From contig CAVVPE010000019.1 of assembly GCA_963750035.1 (NCBI GenBank), positions 61,088 to 125,087 on the forward strand: a DNA stretch of 64,000 nt, written 5' to 3'. The DNA comes from an uncultured Acidobacteriota bacterium. GTDB taxonomy: Bacteria > Acidobacteriota > Vicinamibacteria > Vicinamibacterales > CAVVIG01. The translations under genes and the position numbers were made by a program. This document shows positions 1 through 15,913 of the stretch, piece after piece. The stretch's first letter is position 1. Each line of letters begins with the position of its first letter. The notes under the pieces are model-generated. The model was not told the origin of the DNA, ran no database searches, and saw only the letters and a list, made by a program, of their open reading frames with translations.

Positions 1-620
1 AGGCTGTTCTCGATCGCGTAGCGCATCAGCTCGGCGTTCGTGCGCATCCCGAGCTTCTCGAGCACGCGCATCCGATAGGTGCTGACGGTCTTGACGCTCA
101 GGCCCAGATCGCGCGCGATGTCGGAGACGGTCTGGCCCGAGCCGAGCAAGCGCAGCACCTGATACTCGCGATCGGAGAGCGAGTCGTGCGGCGCGCCAGC
201 GGTACGCGTCGACCAGCGGCCGAGCACCTCACCCGCATCGCGCCCCACGTAGCGCCGTCCGCGCGTGGCTTCCTCGATGGCGGCGATGAACTCCTCGGGC
301 GGGCTGTCCTTCGTCAGGTAGCCGGCCGCGCCGGCCGCCAGCGCGCGGCGCGCGAACTGCGCCGCCGGATGCATGCTCACGACGAGCGTCGGCAGCGTCG
401 GCTGCAGGCGCCGCAGCTCCTTGATCAGATCGAGCCCGCTCGTGCCCGGCAGCGAGATGTCGGCGACGACGACGTCCCAGTTGGCGCTGCGGACCTGCAT
501 CAGCGCGCTGACCGCGTCGCCCGCCTCGCCGACGACCGCGCCCTTCATCCGATCGGTGAGAATCGTGCGGATGCCCTGGCGCACGACCGGATGATCGTCG
601 ACGAGAAGGATGCGCATCAT
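1..620 (-). CDS. NarL/UvrY-type response regulator (REC + LuxR HTH); C-terminus runs off window edge
   Basis: Manual translation: MMRILLVDDHPVVRQGIR...ADISLPGTSGLDLIKEL...LGLSVKTVSTYRMRVLEKLGMRTNAELMRYAIENSL. ATGA overlap with the kinase gene. Confidence 0.9.
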   Translation of the reverse strand, partial: MMRILLVDDHPVVRQGIRTILTDRMKGAVVGEAGDAVSALMQVRSANWDVVVADISLPGTSGLDLIKELRRLQPTLPTLVVSMHPAAQFARRALAAGAAGYLTKDSPPEEFIAAIEEATRGRRYVGRDAGEVLGRWSTRTAGAPHDSLSDREYQVLRLLGSGQTVSDIARDLGLSVKTVSTYRMRVLEKLGMRTNAELMRYAIENS

Positions 621-1686
621 CGCCGCCGGCGGCCGCGCGCGTCCTGAACGCGGACCGTGATCACGGTGCCCTTGCCTGGCCGTCCGGAGATCGTGAAGGC
701 GCCGCCGATGAGGGCCGCGCGCTCGCGCATCCCGAGCAGCCCGATCGCCCGCGGGTGGGTCATCGGCGTCCTTGATGCCGCGGCCGTTGTCGCGGATGCG
801 CAGCTCGAATGTGCCCTTGCGTTCGGCGAGCGTGACGTGGACGGCGCTCGCCTGCGCGTGCCGCACGACGTTGGTCAACGCCTCCTGGAAGATGCGAAAC
901 ACCACGGTCTGCTGCTCGCCGGTCAGGCCGGTCGACTCGCGCGCCGCCCGCAGGTAACAGCGGATGCCGGTGGACGCGCGGAACGCTGACGCTTCCCACC
1001 GCATCGCCGCCGCCAGCCCGAGGTGATCGAGCGTTGCCGGCCGCAGGTTGGTGGCGATGCGCTTGACGGTTGAAAGACCGATGTCCACGAGGCCGATCAG
1101 CGACTGGACGCGATCCACCGTCTGACGATCGACGCGATCGCTGCGGAGCGCGCTCGTCGTCCGCGCGAGCTCGAGCTTGATCGCCGTGAGCGTCTGACCG
1201 AGTTCGTCGTGCAGCTCCCGCGCGAGATTGGCGCGTTCTTCCTCGCGCGCGGTCTGGACGCGCGCCGCCAGCTGCCGCAGCTGCTCCTCCGATTCGCGCT
1301 GCCGTTGCTTTTCATCCGTGATGTCGGCGCACGATCCGACGTAGCCAATCAGCTCGCCGGAAGGCGCGAGCCGCGGCGAGCCGTGGCCGATGACCCACCG
1401 GTACTGGCCGTCTGCCCGCCGCAGCCGGTACTCGAAGGTGAAAGGAGACCGGTTCTCGGCGGCACGCTGGGAATGGCGCGTCAGCCGATCGCGATCATCC
1501 TGGTGGACCCCCTGCCACCAGCCCTGTCCGAGCTCATCCGCGAGCGATCGCCCGGTGAAAGCCAGCCACTCGCGATTGAAGAACGTACAGAGACCGTCCG
1601 GACCGGAGATCCACAGCATGACGGGCGCATCGTCTGCGACCGTACCGAAAAAGAGTGTCAGCGTCGAATCGCGCGGGGTCGCGCAT
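617..1686 (-). CDS. Cytoplasmic PAS-domain histidine kinase (HisKA_3 type), frameshifted in consensus
   Basis: PAS segment APVMLWISGPDGLCTFFNREWLAFTG...FEYRLRRADGQYRW; H-box ARELHDELGQTLTAIK; FRIFQEALTNVVRHA; RDNGRG; GLLGMRERAALIGG. Confidence 0.88.
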
Positions 1687-1841
1687 TACCAGTCGTTTCC
1701 TACACGAGATCCAGATGAATGTCCACGCACACTCGGTCGTCGTCAGACGAACACCTACAGCGTGTCACTTACGGTCCGCTCAAAGCGTGCCGTGTCAGAC
1801 ACAACCGGACAGACTAGATGTCCGGAAGATACTAACATTAG

Positions 1842-3314
1842 ATGGCGCAACCTTTTCCCAACGCAGAGGAATCAGTGCCAAAGTCTGACATGTACACGGT
1901 CGAGCGCGTTCTTCGGCATCCCGCCCTCATAGAGAAACGCGTCAACCTGCTCGCAGTCGTCGACGCCCCCGAGGCTCTCGCGCTCGTCGAGCGCGCCTCG
2001 CGCGATCACGGGGTGGACGTCGTCAGCCGCAGCGGTGTCGCCGACGCACTCAAGGACATTCGTGAGCTGCGGCCAGACGCGGTCGTCGTCGACCTGCAGA
2101 CGCCGGGCACGAATGGAATCGAAGTGCTCCGTGCGATGCGCGAGGTCTATCCCTCGTGCGCCGTCATCCTCGTGACCGGGCAGACGAGCGTCGATTCGAC
2201 GATCGAGGCGGTGAAGCTCGGCGTGCTCGACTGCCTGAGCAGACCACCCGACCTTGATCGGTTGCGCGACGCGCTGACCACGGTCGTCAAGGGGATCGAA
2301 CGGCGCGAGACGCGGCTGAAGCAGGACGCGCAGGCCGCCCGGCAGTTCGAGTTCCACGGGGTCATCGGCCGCAGCGCGCCGATGCAGGACCTCTTCGACG
2401 CCATCCGGCGGCTTGCGCCGCACGCCTGGAGCCTGATCATCGCCGGCGAGGCCGGAACGGGCAAAGAGCTTGTCGCCCGTGCGCTCCATCGGGTGGGCCC
2501 GCGGCGGGATCAGCGTTTTGTGACGCTGCATTGCTCAATGGCCGGCGCGACGCTGCTCGAGAGCGCGCTCTTCGGTCACGTGCGCGGGGCGTTCGCCGGC
2601 GCGACCGAAGCGAGGGTTGGCGCCTTCGAGGAGGCCGACGGCGGCACGCTGTTCCTCGACGAGATTGCCCACGTGGCTCCCAGCGTCCAGCCGAAGCTGC
2701 TGCGCGCGATCGAAACTGGCGAGGTGCAGCCAATGGGCGCGGTTGACGCACGGCGGTTCGATGTCCGCGTGATCGCGGGTACCGCCCGCGACCTGCGGGC
2801 AGAAGTGGCGGCCGGACGACTGCAGCGGGACTTCATCAAGCGGGTGAGCGCAGTACGGCTGAACGTCCCGGCGTTACGGGAACGCCGCGAAGACATCCCG
2901 CTCCTGACGGCCGCCTTTCTCTATGAGTACGCCCTCCGTACGAATCGCGTGATTTCGGGTGTCACGACGGCCGCCGAACGGGTCCTGCAGCATGCCAGCT
3001 GGGACGGGAACATCCGTGAGCTGAAAGATGTCGTCGAGCGCGCCTGCTCGATGAGCGATTCGCGCCTGTTGGGTGAGCGCGAGATCCTCGCCGCCATCGC
3101 CGCGGCGTCCGGCGAAACGGTCACACGCGCCGCCGCCGAGGCGCATGATCAAGGGAGAGAGACAGACCTCCTGTCGAGCGCTCAACGACGGCAAATCGAG
3201 CGTGTCCTGACGCGCGTCGGCGGCAACAAGACCGAAGCCGCGCGGCTGCTCGGCATCAGCCGCCGGGCGCTGTATCGCTGGCTGGAGCGGCTCGGGTCGA
3301 CGGCGCGCAGGTGA
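1842..3314 (+). CDS. NtrC/AtoC-family response regulator (REC-AAA+-Fis HTH) with degenerate sigma54-contact motif
   Basis: Intact 490-aa ORF: GEAGTGKE, GAFAGA, LFLDEI, WDGNIREL, GGNKTEAARLLGISRRALYR. Confidence 0.9.
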   Translation: MAQPFPNAEESVPKSDMYTVERVLRHPALIEKRVNLLAVVDAPEALALVERASRDHGVDVVSRSGVADALKDIRELRPDAVVVDLQTPGTNGIEVLRAMREVYPSCAVILVTGQTSVDSTIEAVKLGVLDCLSRPPDLDRLRDALTTVVKGIERRETRLKQDAQAARQFEFHGVIGRSAPMQDLFDAIRRLAPHAWSLIIAGEAGTGKELVARALHRVGPRRDQRFVTLHCSMAGATLLESALFGHVRGAFAGATEARVGAFEEADGGTLFLDEIAHVAPSVQPKLLRAIETGEVQPMGAVDARRFDVRVIAGTARDLRAEVAAGRLQRDFIKRVSAVRLNVPALRERREDIPLLTAAFLYEYALRTNRVISGVTTAAERVLQHASWDGNIRELKDVVERACSMSDSRLLGEREILAAIAAASGETVTRAAAEAHDQGRETDLLSSAQRRQIERVLTRVGGNKTEAARLLGISRRALYRWLERLGSTARR

Positions 3315-3324
3315 GCGTGGGGCG

Positions 3325-5666
3325 CTAGCGTGGGGCGCTGCGTTCGACGCGAGTTCGACGTCGATGCCGCCGGGTTGTGTACCGGCGATGAACGTTTCGG
3401 TGATGGCGCCCGGCGTCTGGCTGGGCACCACGGCCCCGGTCGCGCGATCCACGGGAAGAAAGACGATGTTCTCCGGGGCGACGAACGATGGCGGATCGGT
3501 TCGCGTCGCGACGTACGCCTTCATGAAGTCCATCCAGATCGGGAGCGCCGCGACCGCTCCCGTCTCGTTCGCGCCCATCGTCTTCTTCGCGTCGTGCCCG
3601 GTCCACACTCCCACCGTGATGTCGGGATCGAACCCCACGAACCACGCGTCGGTGTTGTCGTCGACGGTGCCGGTCTTGCCGGCGAGGGGCCACTCGATGC
3701 TCGATGCGGCTTCTCCCGTGCCCCTGCGGACGACGCCTTCGAGCAGGCTCGTCATCATGAACGCCGTATCGGCGCGGATGACATTGACCGGTTCGATCCG
3801 CCCTTCCTCGAGCAGGTTGCCCGCGCGGTCGGTGACGGTCTGAATGAAATACGGCTTCGCGCGGACGCCGCGGTTCGGAAAAACGGAATAGGCGCTCGTC
3901 ACTTCGAGCAGCGTGCCCTCGCCCGCGCCGAGCGCGATCGGCAAATACGGCGGGAACTCGCGGGAGAATCCGAAGCGCCGCGCGTACGAGACGACGTTCG
4001 ATGGGCCGACCTCTTCCATCATCTTGATGGCCGGGATATTGCGCGACTGCTCGAGTGCGCGGCGCAGCGTCACGGGCCCCTCGAACTTGTGGTCGTAATT
4101 CTGCGGCTCGTAGAGGCCGCCGCTGCCCGCCGGGTAGCTGACTGGCTGATCCACGATGAGCGTCGCCGGGGTCAGGCCGCGGTCGATGGCGGCCGTATAG
4201 ACAATCGGCTTGAACGTGGATCCAAGCTGCCGGTACGCCTGCATCGCGCGGTTGAACTTGCTCCGGCTGAAACTCCAGCCGCCGACCATCGCGCGAATCT
4301 GGCCGGTGCGGTTGTCGATGGCGACGAGCGCCCCCTCGACCAGCGGCGTCTGCTCGAGCGTCACCGTGGCCTGCTTCGTGCCTTCGTTGAGCGACATCAG
4401 GCCGACCTCGATCAGATCGCCGACGGCGAACGACGCTGGTGAGGGCGGCCGCGGCCATTCTGAGAAGCTCTCGCGGGTCAAGTCGGCCTGGTAGCGTCCG
4501 ATGCGGACCTTGATGCCGCCGGCCGCGGGCGCGCGTCCGACGGCGGTCACCACGGCCGGCACGACGTCACCGGGTGCCATGGTTCGCGTCCAGCGCTCGT
4601 GCGCGAAGCCCTGCGGCGTCTGCTTCTCGGCGAGCACGTTCCTCGTTGCCCGGCGGTACCCACGCTTCTTGTCGATCCGGCGCAGACCGGCCGCGACCGC
4701 GCGGTTGGCCGCGTCCTGCAGGACTGGATCGAGCGTCGTCTTCACCGACAGGCCGCTTTCGTAGAGCCGCTTCGCCCCGTAGCGCGTTTCGAGATGCTTG
4801 CGGACCTCTTCGAGGAAGTAGGGCGCTATCGACGGCGGCTGCCGCGGCTCACCGCGGACGACGATCGGTTTGGTCTTGGCTTCTTCCGCCTGCTCGGTCG
4901 AGATGAAGCCCTCGTTTGCCATGCGATCCAGGGTGTAGTTGCGCCGCCGGACCGCCGCGTCCATGTTCACATACGGGCTCTGCCGCACGTTGCCCTGGAT
5001 GATGCCGGCGAGCATCGCGGCTTCTTCGAGCGTGACGTCTTTCGCCGATTTCGCGAAGTACAGGCGTGAAGCGGCCTCAACGCCGTAGGCGTTGTGCCCC
5101 AGTACATCTGATTCGCGAACATCGTGAGGATCTCGCGCTTCGTGTACCGCTTCTCGATCTGAATCGCGACGATCGCTTCGCGAATCTTGCGCTCGAGGCT
5201 GATTTCTCCTTCGTAAAAGCCGACCGCCTCGGGCAAGACGATCCGGGCGAGCTGCTGCGTCAAGGTGCTGGCACCGGCCGGCCGCGACGTGCGGCCGCGG
5301 ATGCGATCGGTCACGAACTCGAACACGTCGCGGCTCAGCGTGACCGCGATGCGCGAGATGCTCAGGCCGAAGTGCGAATTGAAGTCGCCGTCTTCCGCGG
5401 CAATGATCGCCATCCGCAGGTCGGGCGCGATCTCGTCGTAGCCGACGACGAGGCGCCGTTCCACGGCGAAGTCGCCGATCCCCTGGCCCGTCGGCGCCGT
5501 AGACGCGCGTGATGGTGCTGGGGCTGTAGTTGTCGAGCGCCGAAATCTGCGGCAGATCGCCGGCGTAGGCGAAGACCACGCCGGTGAGCACGCCAAGGCC
5601 CGCCGCCGTGACGAACAGGGCGGCGATGCCGGCGTTGCGCGCGTAGCGAATTACATAGTGAGCCAA
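3325..5666 (-). CDS. mrcA: Class A penicillin-binding protein 1A; frameshifted, 3' end approximate
   Basis: N-terminal TM; transglycosylase motifs AAEDGDF, GASTLTQQLAR, RKIREAIVA; transpeptidase SxxK (STFK), SxN (SRN), KTGT. Confidence 0.92.
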
Positions 5667-5668
5667 AT

Positions 5669-5845
5669 TAGTCAGTAGTCAGTAGTCAGTAGTCGGTCGT
5701 CGGTGTCAGTCAGTCGCGTCAGTTGTCGAGTCCTTCCGTGCGATGAACCAGTGTACGAAGGCTGGCGGCGATTGGACGTCGACTCATTGTTCGGCGTTCT
5801 CGATCGCCGCCGACTCGCCGACTGACGACTGCCGACTCGACTCGA

Positions 5846-5853
<8 letters not shown>
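5669..5853. repeat. Mirrored heptamer arrays, (TAGTCAG)n-like then (CGACTGN)n-like, around a ~90-bp core
   Basis: tagtcag x3 and degenerate copies at 5669-5732; complementary cgact units at 5811-5853. Confidence 0.8.
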
Positions 5854-11096
<5,243 letters not shown>

Positions 11097-11100
<4 letters not shown>

Positions 11101-11517
11101 AGAAGACGCGGCAAGGCGTACTACATGATCAGCGCGGTGGCGCAGAAGTACAACATCCACCCGCAGACGCTGCGCCTGTACGAGCGCGAAGGGCTGTTGA
11201 AGCCGTCGCGCACCGAAGGCAACACGCGGCTGTACTCTGAAGAGGATCTGGAGCAGCTCGAGACGATTCTGTCGCTTACCCGAGATCTCGGCGTCAACCT
11301 CGCCGGCGTGGAGATCATCCTCAACATGCGGCGCAAGATCGAGCGCATGCAGGGCGAGGTCAACGAGTTCATGGAGTACGTCAAGCGCGAGCTGGCGCGC
11401 GGCATCGACGACTGGGAGCAGCGGCTGTCGACCGCGCTCGTGAAGTCGACGCCGACCGATCTCGTGCGCGCGACCCCGCCGAGTCAGGACACCGAGAAGT
11501 CGAAAGCCAAAAACTGA
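11097..11517 (+). CDS. hspR: MerR-family heat-shock repressor HspR
   Basis: YYMISAVAQKYNIHPQTLRLYEREGLLKPSRTEGNTRLYSEEDL...LGVNLAGVEIIL; follows dnaJ; HAIR-like site upstream of the operon. Confidence 0.88.
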
Positions 11518-11570
11518 AAACTGAAAGTCGTACGCGCAAAGTCGATCGCCGAAGGTAGAATGCTCGGTGC

Positions 11571-12415
11571 ATGTCGTGCCCGCTCTGCGACGACACCGGC
11601 TGGAAGCCCGTCGACGCAGGGGGCGTGCGGCGCGTGGTGCGCTGCGACTGCTGGCGCGAGAGCTCGGGCAGCAGCGGCTGGCCGACGCGAACATCCCCCG
11701 GCGCTACCAGCACTGCACGATCGCCAACTTCACCGCCTACAACGAGTCGCTCGAGCGCGCGGCCGACAAGGCGCGGCAGCTCGCCGAACGATTTCCGGTC
11801 GTCAACAAGGGCTTGTTCTTCGAAGGGCAGCCCGGCGTGGGCAAGACGCACCTGGCGGTCGCCGTGCTGAAGCAGGTCATCCAGACGACCGGCGCTCGCG
11901 GCCTCTTCTACGATACGCGCGACCTGCTGCGCGTCATCCGCAGCACCTACGACCCCTCGATTCGCACCACCGAGCTCGAAATCCTGCGGCCGGTCATGAC
12001 CGCCGACCTGCTCGTCCTCGACGATCTCGGCGCCGAGAAAACCTCCGAGTGGGTCGAAGAGACGATGAACCTCATCGTCAACACGCGCTACAACGAGCGG
12101 CGCGCTGACGATCTTCACCTCGAACTACCAGGACATTCCCGACGACACCGAACCGAACTCGCTGGTCTTCCGCATCGGCCACCGGATGCGCTCGCGCCTG
12201 CACGAGATGTGCGAGTTCGTCGTCCTCGACGGCGCCGACTACCGGCGAGATGCCGGCCAACGGCGGCGTCGACGACCTGATCGCGCTGTGGAAGACGCGC
12301 AAGAAAACGCCTGCCGGTCCGAGCCGGCCGCCAGGCCCGCGCCCAACTGCGCGAGCCAGCCGCCCGCGACGGCCGGGCCGACCTGAAATGGCCAGGGGGG
12401 AGGGCGGGATCATGA
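11571..12415 (+). CDS. DnaC/DnaI/IstB-family AAA+ ATPase with N-terminal Cys cluster; frameshifted
   Basis: MSCPLCDDTGW...RCDC; Walker A GQPGVGKTHLA; Walker B LLVLDDLG; RYNERR.TIFTSN; RMRSRLHEMC. Confidence 0.85.
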
Positions 12416-12490
12416 GGTGAGTTGCAGGATTGGTGAATTGGCGAATTGCAATCAACTCAACTCTCCAAGTCTGCAACTCTCGCAATCTGA
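12416..12490. repeat. Mirrored degenerate 8-mer arrays
   Basis: gagttgca ggattggt gaattggc gaattgca, then caactc/ctccaa/gcaactct/gcaatct. Confidence 0.65.
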
Positions 12491-12491
12491 C

Positions 12492-13697
12492 ATGCTCGGG
12501 CTCTACCTCCACATTCCCTTCTGCTCGGCCATCTGCAACTACTGCAACTTCAATCGCGGTCTGTTCGACGCCGCGCTGAAGGAGCGTTACGTCGAGGCGC
12601 TATTCCGAGATCGGGCAGCAGCGCCTGCGGCCATGCCGCGCTGAGGAACCGCTCCCACCGATCGCGAGGCGTCGCGAGCAGGTCGGGCGAGGATCGGGCT
12701 CCGCGGCGGCAGTGGCCCAGCGCTAGCGCCGACACCATCTACTTCGGCGGCGGCACGCCGTCGCTGCTCGAGCCGGACGAGATCGCTCGCATCATCGAGG
12801 CCTGCGACGGACCACTTCGACGTCGCCCCCGACCGCGAGGTCACGCTCGAGGCGAATCCCGAAACGGTCACGACCGCGCGGCTCGCGGGTATCGCCGGGC
12901 GGCGTCAATCGCCTCAGTTTCGGTGTCCAGTCCTTCCGGGACGACGAACTCCGGCGCTTGTCGCGGCTGCACGGCGCCGAGCGGGCACGCGCGGCGCTCC
13001 GCGAGGCGCGGGCGGCCGGATTCGACAACGTCAGCCTGGACCTGATGATGTGGCTGCCGGGCCAGAAGGTCGACGAGTGGCTCGAGTCGGTCGACGAGCG
13101 GTCGCCCTCGCGCCCGAGCATCTGTCGCTGTACCTGCTCGAGGTGTATCCGAATGCGCCGCTCCGGGACGAGATGGCCCGCGCGCAGCTGGTCGCAGGCG
13201 CCCGACGACGATGCGGCGACGATGTACGTGACGGCGATGGAGCGGCTGGAAGCGGCCGGCTACGAGCAGTACGAGATCTCGAACGTGGCGCGGCCGGGAC
13301 GCCGATCGCGGCACAACCTGAAGTACTGGACCGACGGCGAGTGGCTCGGGTTCGGCTGCGGCGCGCACTCGACGCGCGACGGCGTGCGCTGGAAGAATGT
13401 GTCGGGCACAGAGGACTACGTCGATCGCGTCACGCAGCGGCGTCGCGCCCGGCGATCGACGTCCGCCGGCTGACCGACGCGGAGCGTCTGGGCGACGCGC
13501 TGTTCACCGGCCTTCGGCTCGACGACGGCGTCGACGAACGCGTGATCGAGCGGCGCTACGGCGTGGACATCTGGCAGCGGTACGGCCAGATCTCGAGCCG
13601 TTTGTTGAAGGGGCCTGCTAATGCGGCAGGATAGACGGCTGCGGTTGACCCGCCGGGGCATGCTTCTTGCCCAGAAGTGATGGCGGTTTTCGTGTAG
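12492..13697 (+). CDS. hemW: Radical SAM heme chaperone HemW (HemN-like); frameshifted, with an insertion near 12615-12728
   Basis: LYLHIPFCSAICNYCNF; TIYFGGGTPS; EVTLEANP; YEISN; SRHNLKYW; GFGCGAHS. Confidence 0.9.
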
Positions 13698-13756
13698 ATC
13701 GTCAAGAAGTACGTTAAAGTAACCCCCTTTTTGAACCTTCCTCGAAGGAGGCCGTG

Positions 13757-14234
13757 ATGTTTCGATGGATTGCTCCCGCGCTGGTGATCGGGCTTCTGGC
13801 TGCCGCGCCCGTCCAGGCGCAACAGACGCCGGCTGCCAGCCCGCCCAGCAGGCACAGGCGCAGAAGAGCCCGTTCGTGTTCGCGAGCGACGGCGGGATGA
13901 TCCTGAACTTCATCAAGCCGGACAAGGCCGCCGACTTCGAGATGCTCGTCGCCAAGCTGAAGGAGGCGCTCGCGAAGAGCGAGAAGCCCGAGCGCAAGGC
14001 GCAGGCGGCTGCATGGAAGCTCTTCAAGGCGGCTGACCCGGCGCGGGCGGCGCGATCATCTACGTGTCCGTGATCGACCCCGCCGTCAAGGACGCCGACT
14101 ACTACATCCCGCTCATCATCAACGAGGCGTTTCCGGCCGAAGGGCAGGCCCTCTACAAGCAGTACCCCGACGTTAGCGCCAATCCAAGCGCGAACAAGCT
14201 GACGCTGACGCTGCTCCAGGATTTGAGCAAGTAG
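13757..14234 (+). CDS. Secreted hypothetical protein; frameshifted
   Basis: AAGGAGG RBS; signal peptide MFRWIAPALVIGLLAAAPVQA; body FASDGGMILNFIKPDKAADFE...TLTLLQDLSK*. Confidence 0.75.
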
Positions 14235-14244
14235 TCGCCGGCCC

Positions 14245-14724
14245 CTAGAACTTCAGGTTCAGACCCGCGTAGATGCGGTGCGCTGGCGAGTACAGCGCAC
14301 CGTCTCCCAGCCCGAACACCCGATAGTCCACGCGCAGCCGCACCGGGCCGACCAGGGTCATCTTCACCCCGCCGCCCGGTATTCAGCCCGAAGCCGGTCT
14401 TCTCCAGGGTGCCGAGCTCCCGTGATAGACGCCGCCGCCGGTCGTGAAGTACGGCTGGAAGCCGAAGATCGCGAAGGGTGTCTGCAGCAGCACGTTCCCG
14501 GCGTAGGTCTTGAGGGCGGGCGCCAGCGATTGCTGATCTTCGGACGTGCTGGCGTACTCGAACTCGAAGCCGAGCAGGAGCAGTCCCGCGCCGACGGAGA
14601 AGCCCTGGGTCTTCCGGTTCTCCGGCGTGGTGTTCGTGCCGAGGAAGAGCGTCGCATCGGCGGCCGCCGGCGCGGCGAGCAGAAACAGAAAGAGCCACGT
14701 CAGAACGGTCGCTCGCGCGCTCAT
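14245..14724 (-). CDS. Small outer-membrane beta-barrel protein; frameshifted
   Basis: Signal peptide ending APAAA; alternating strands (GFEFEY, FQPYFTTGGG, LRVDYRVF); C-terminal IYAGLNLKF* barrel signature. Confidence 0.78.
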
Positions 14725-14763
14725 GCAGCCTCCTGGCCATGATAGTACAGATCGCGGCGCGAC

Positions 14764-15913
14764 ATGGACTTCCGCCTGAGCGCCGATCAGCAGCTGCTGC
14801 GGCAGAGCGTTCGCGAGTTCGCGGAAACCGAGATCCGCCCGCACGTCCGCGAGTGGGACGAGGCGCAGCATTTTCCGGACGAGCTCGTGCCGCCGCTCGG
14901 CGAGCTCGGCCTGCTGGGAATCCAGGTTCCGGAGCAGTACGGCGGCGCGGCGATGTCGGCCGTCGACTACTGCATCTGCATCGAAGAGCTGGCCCGCGTC
15001 GATCCCGGCGTCGCGCTCTCGGTTGCCGCGCACAACGGCCTGTGCTCGGCGCACATCCTGCTGTTCGGCACCGACGCGCAGAAGGCGACGTATCTCGCGC
15101 CGCTGGCGCGCGGCGAGAAGATCGGCGCCTGGGGCCTGACCGAATCCACGTCGGGCAGCGATGCCGCCGGCATGCGGACCACGGCCGTCCGGGCCGGTGC
15201 GTGTTGGGTCCTGAATGGCTCGAAGACCTTCACGACGCACGGCCGCGTCGGGCACGTGATGGTCGTCATGGCGGTGACCGACAAGGCGGCCGGGCCGCAA
15301 GGGCATCTCCGCCTTCATCGTCGAGCACGGCACTCCCGGGATGAGCGCCGGGCAAGAAGGAAGACAAGCTCGGCATGCGGGCGAGCGACACGAGCGAGGT
15401 CCTGTTCGACAACTGCCGCGTGCCCGCCGACGCCCTTCTCGGCGAGGAGGGACAGGGATTCGTCGACGCCATGCAGGTGCTCGATGCCGGCCGCATCGGC
15501 ATCGCGGCGCTGTCGGTCGGCCTGGCGCAGGGCGCGTACGAAGCGGCGCTGCAGCTATGCGCAGGAGCGGAAGGCGTTCGGCAGGACGATCAGCACGTTC
15601 CAGGCGATCCAGTGGAAGCTGGCCGACAACGCGACGCGCATCGAGGCGGCGCGCCTGCTCACGTATCGCGCCGCCTACCTCAAGGACAGCGGTGCGACCC
15701 GGACGACGCATGGCGTCGTCGATGGCCAAGCTGTACGCGAGCGAGATCGCGGTCCGGGCGGCGGACGACTGCGTGCAGATCCACGGCGGCTACGGATTCG
15801 TGAAGGACTATCCCGCCGAGAAGTTCTTCCGCGACGTGAAGCTCACGACGATCGGCGAGGGCACGAGCGAGATCCAGCGGCTCGTCATCGCCCGGCAGTT
15901 GCTGGCGCGATGA
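14764..15913 (+). CDS. Acyl-CoA dehydrogenase; frameshifted
   Basis: [14 protein letters not shown]; [11 protein letters not shown]; [17 protein letters not shown]; QIHGGYG; [11 protein letters not shown]. Confidence 0.93.

Noticed and set aside
2874-3325. PBP1A C-terminus overlapping the NtrC-like gene by 440 nt
   Set aside because: The extension is antisense read-through; a TAG at 3325 in the adjacent frame is the likely end.
11571-12415. IS21 element or prophage
   Set aside because: No istA, terminal repeats, integrase or phage genes.
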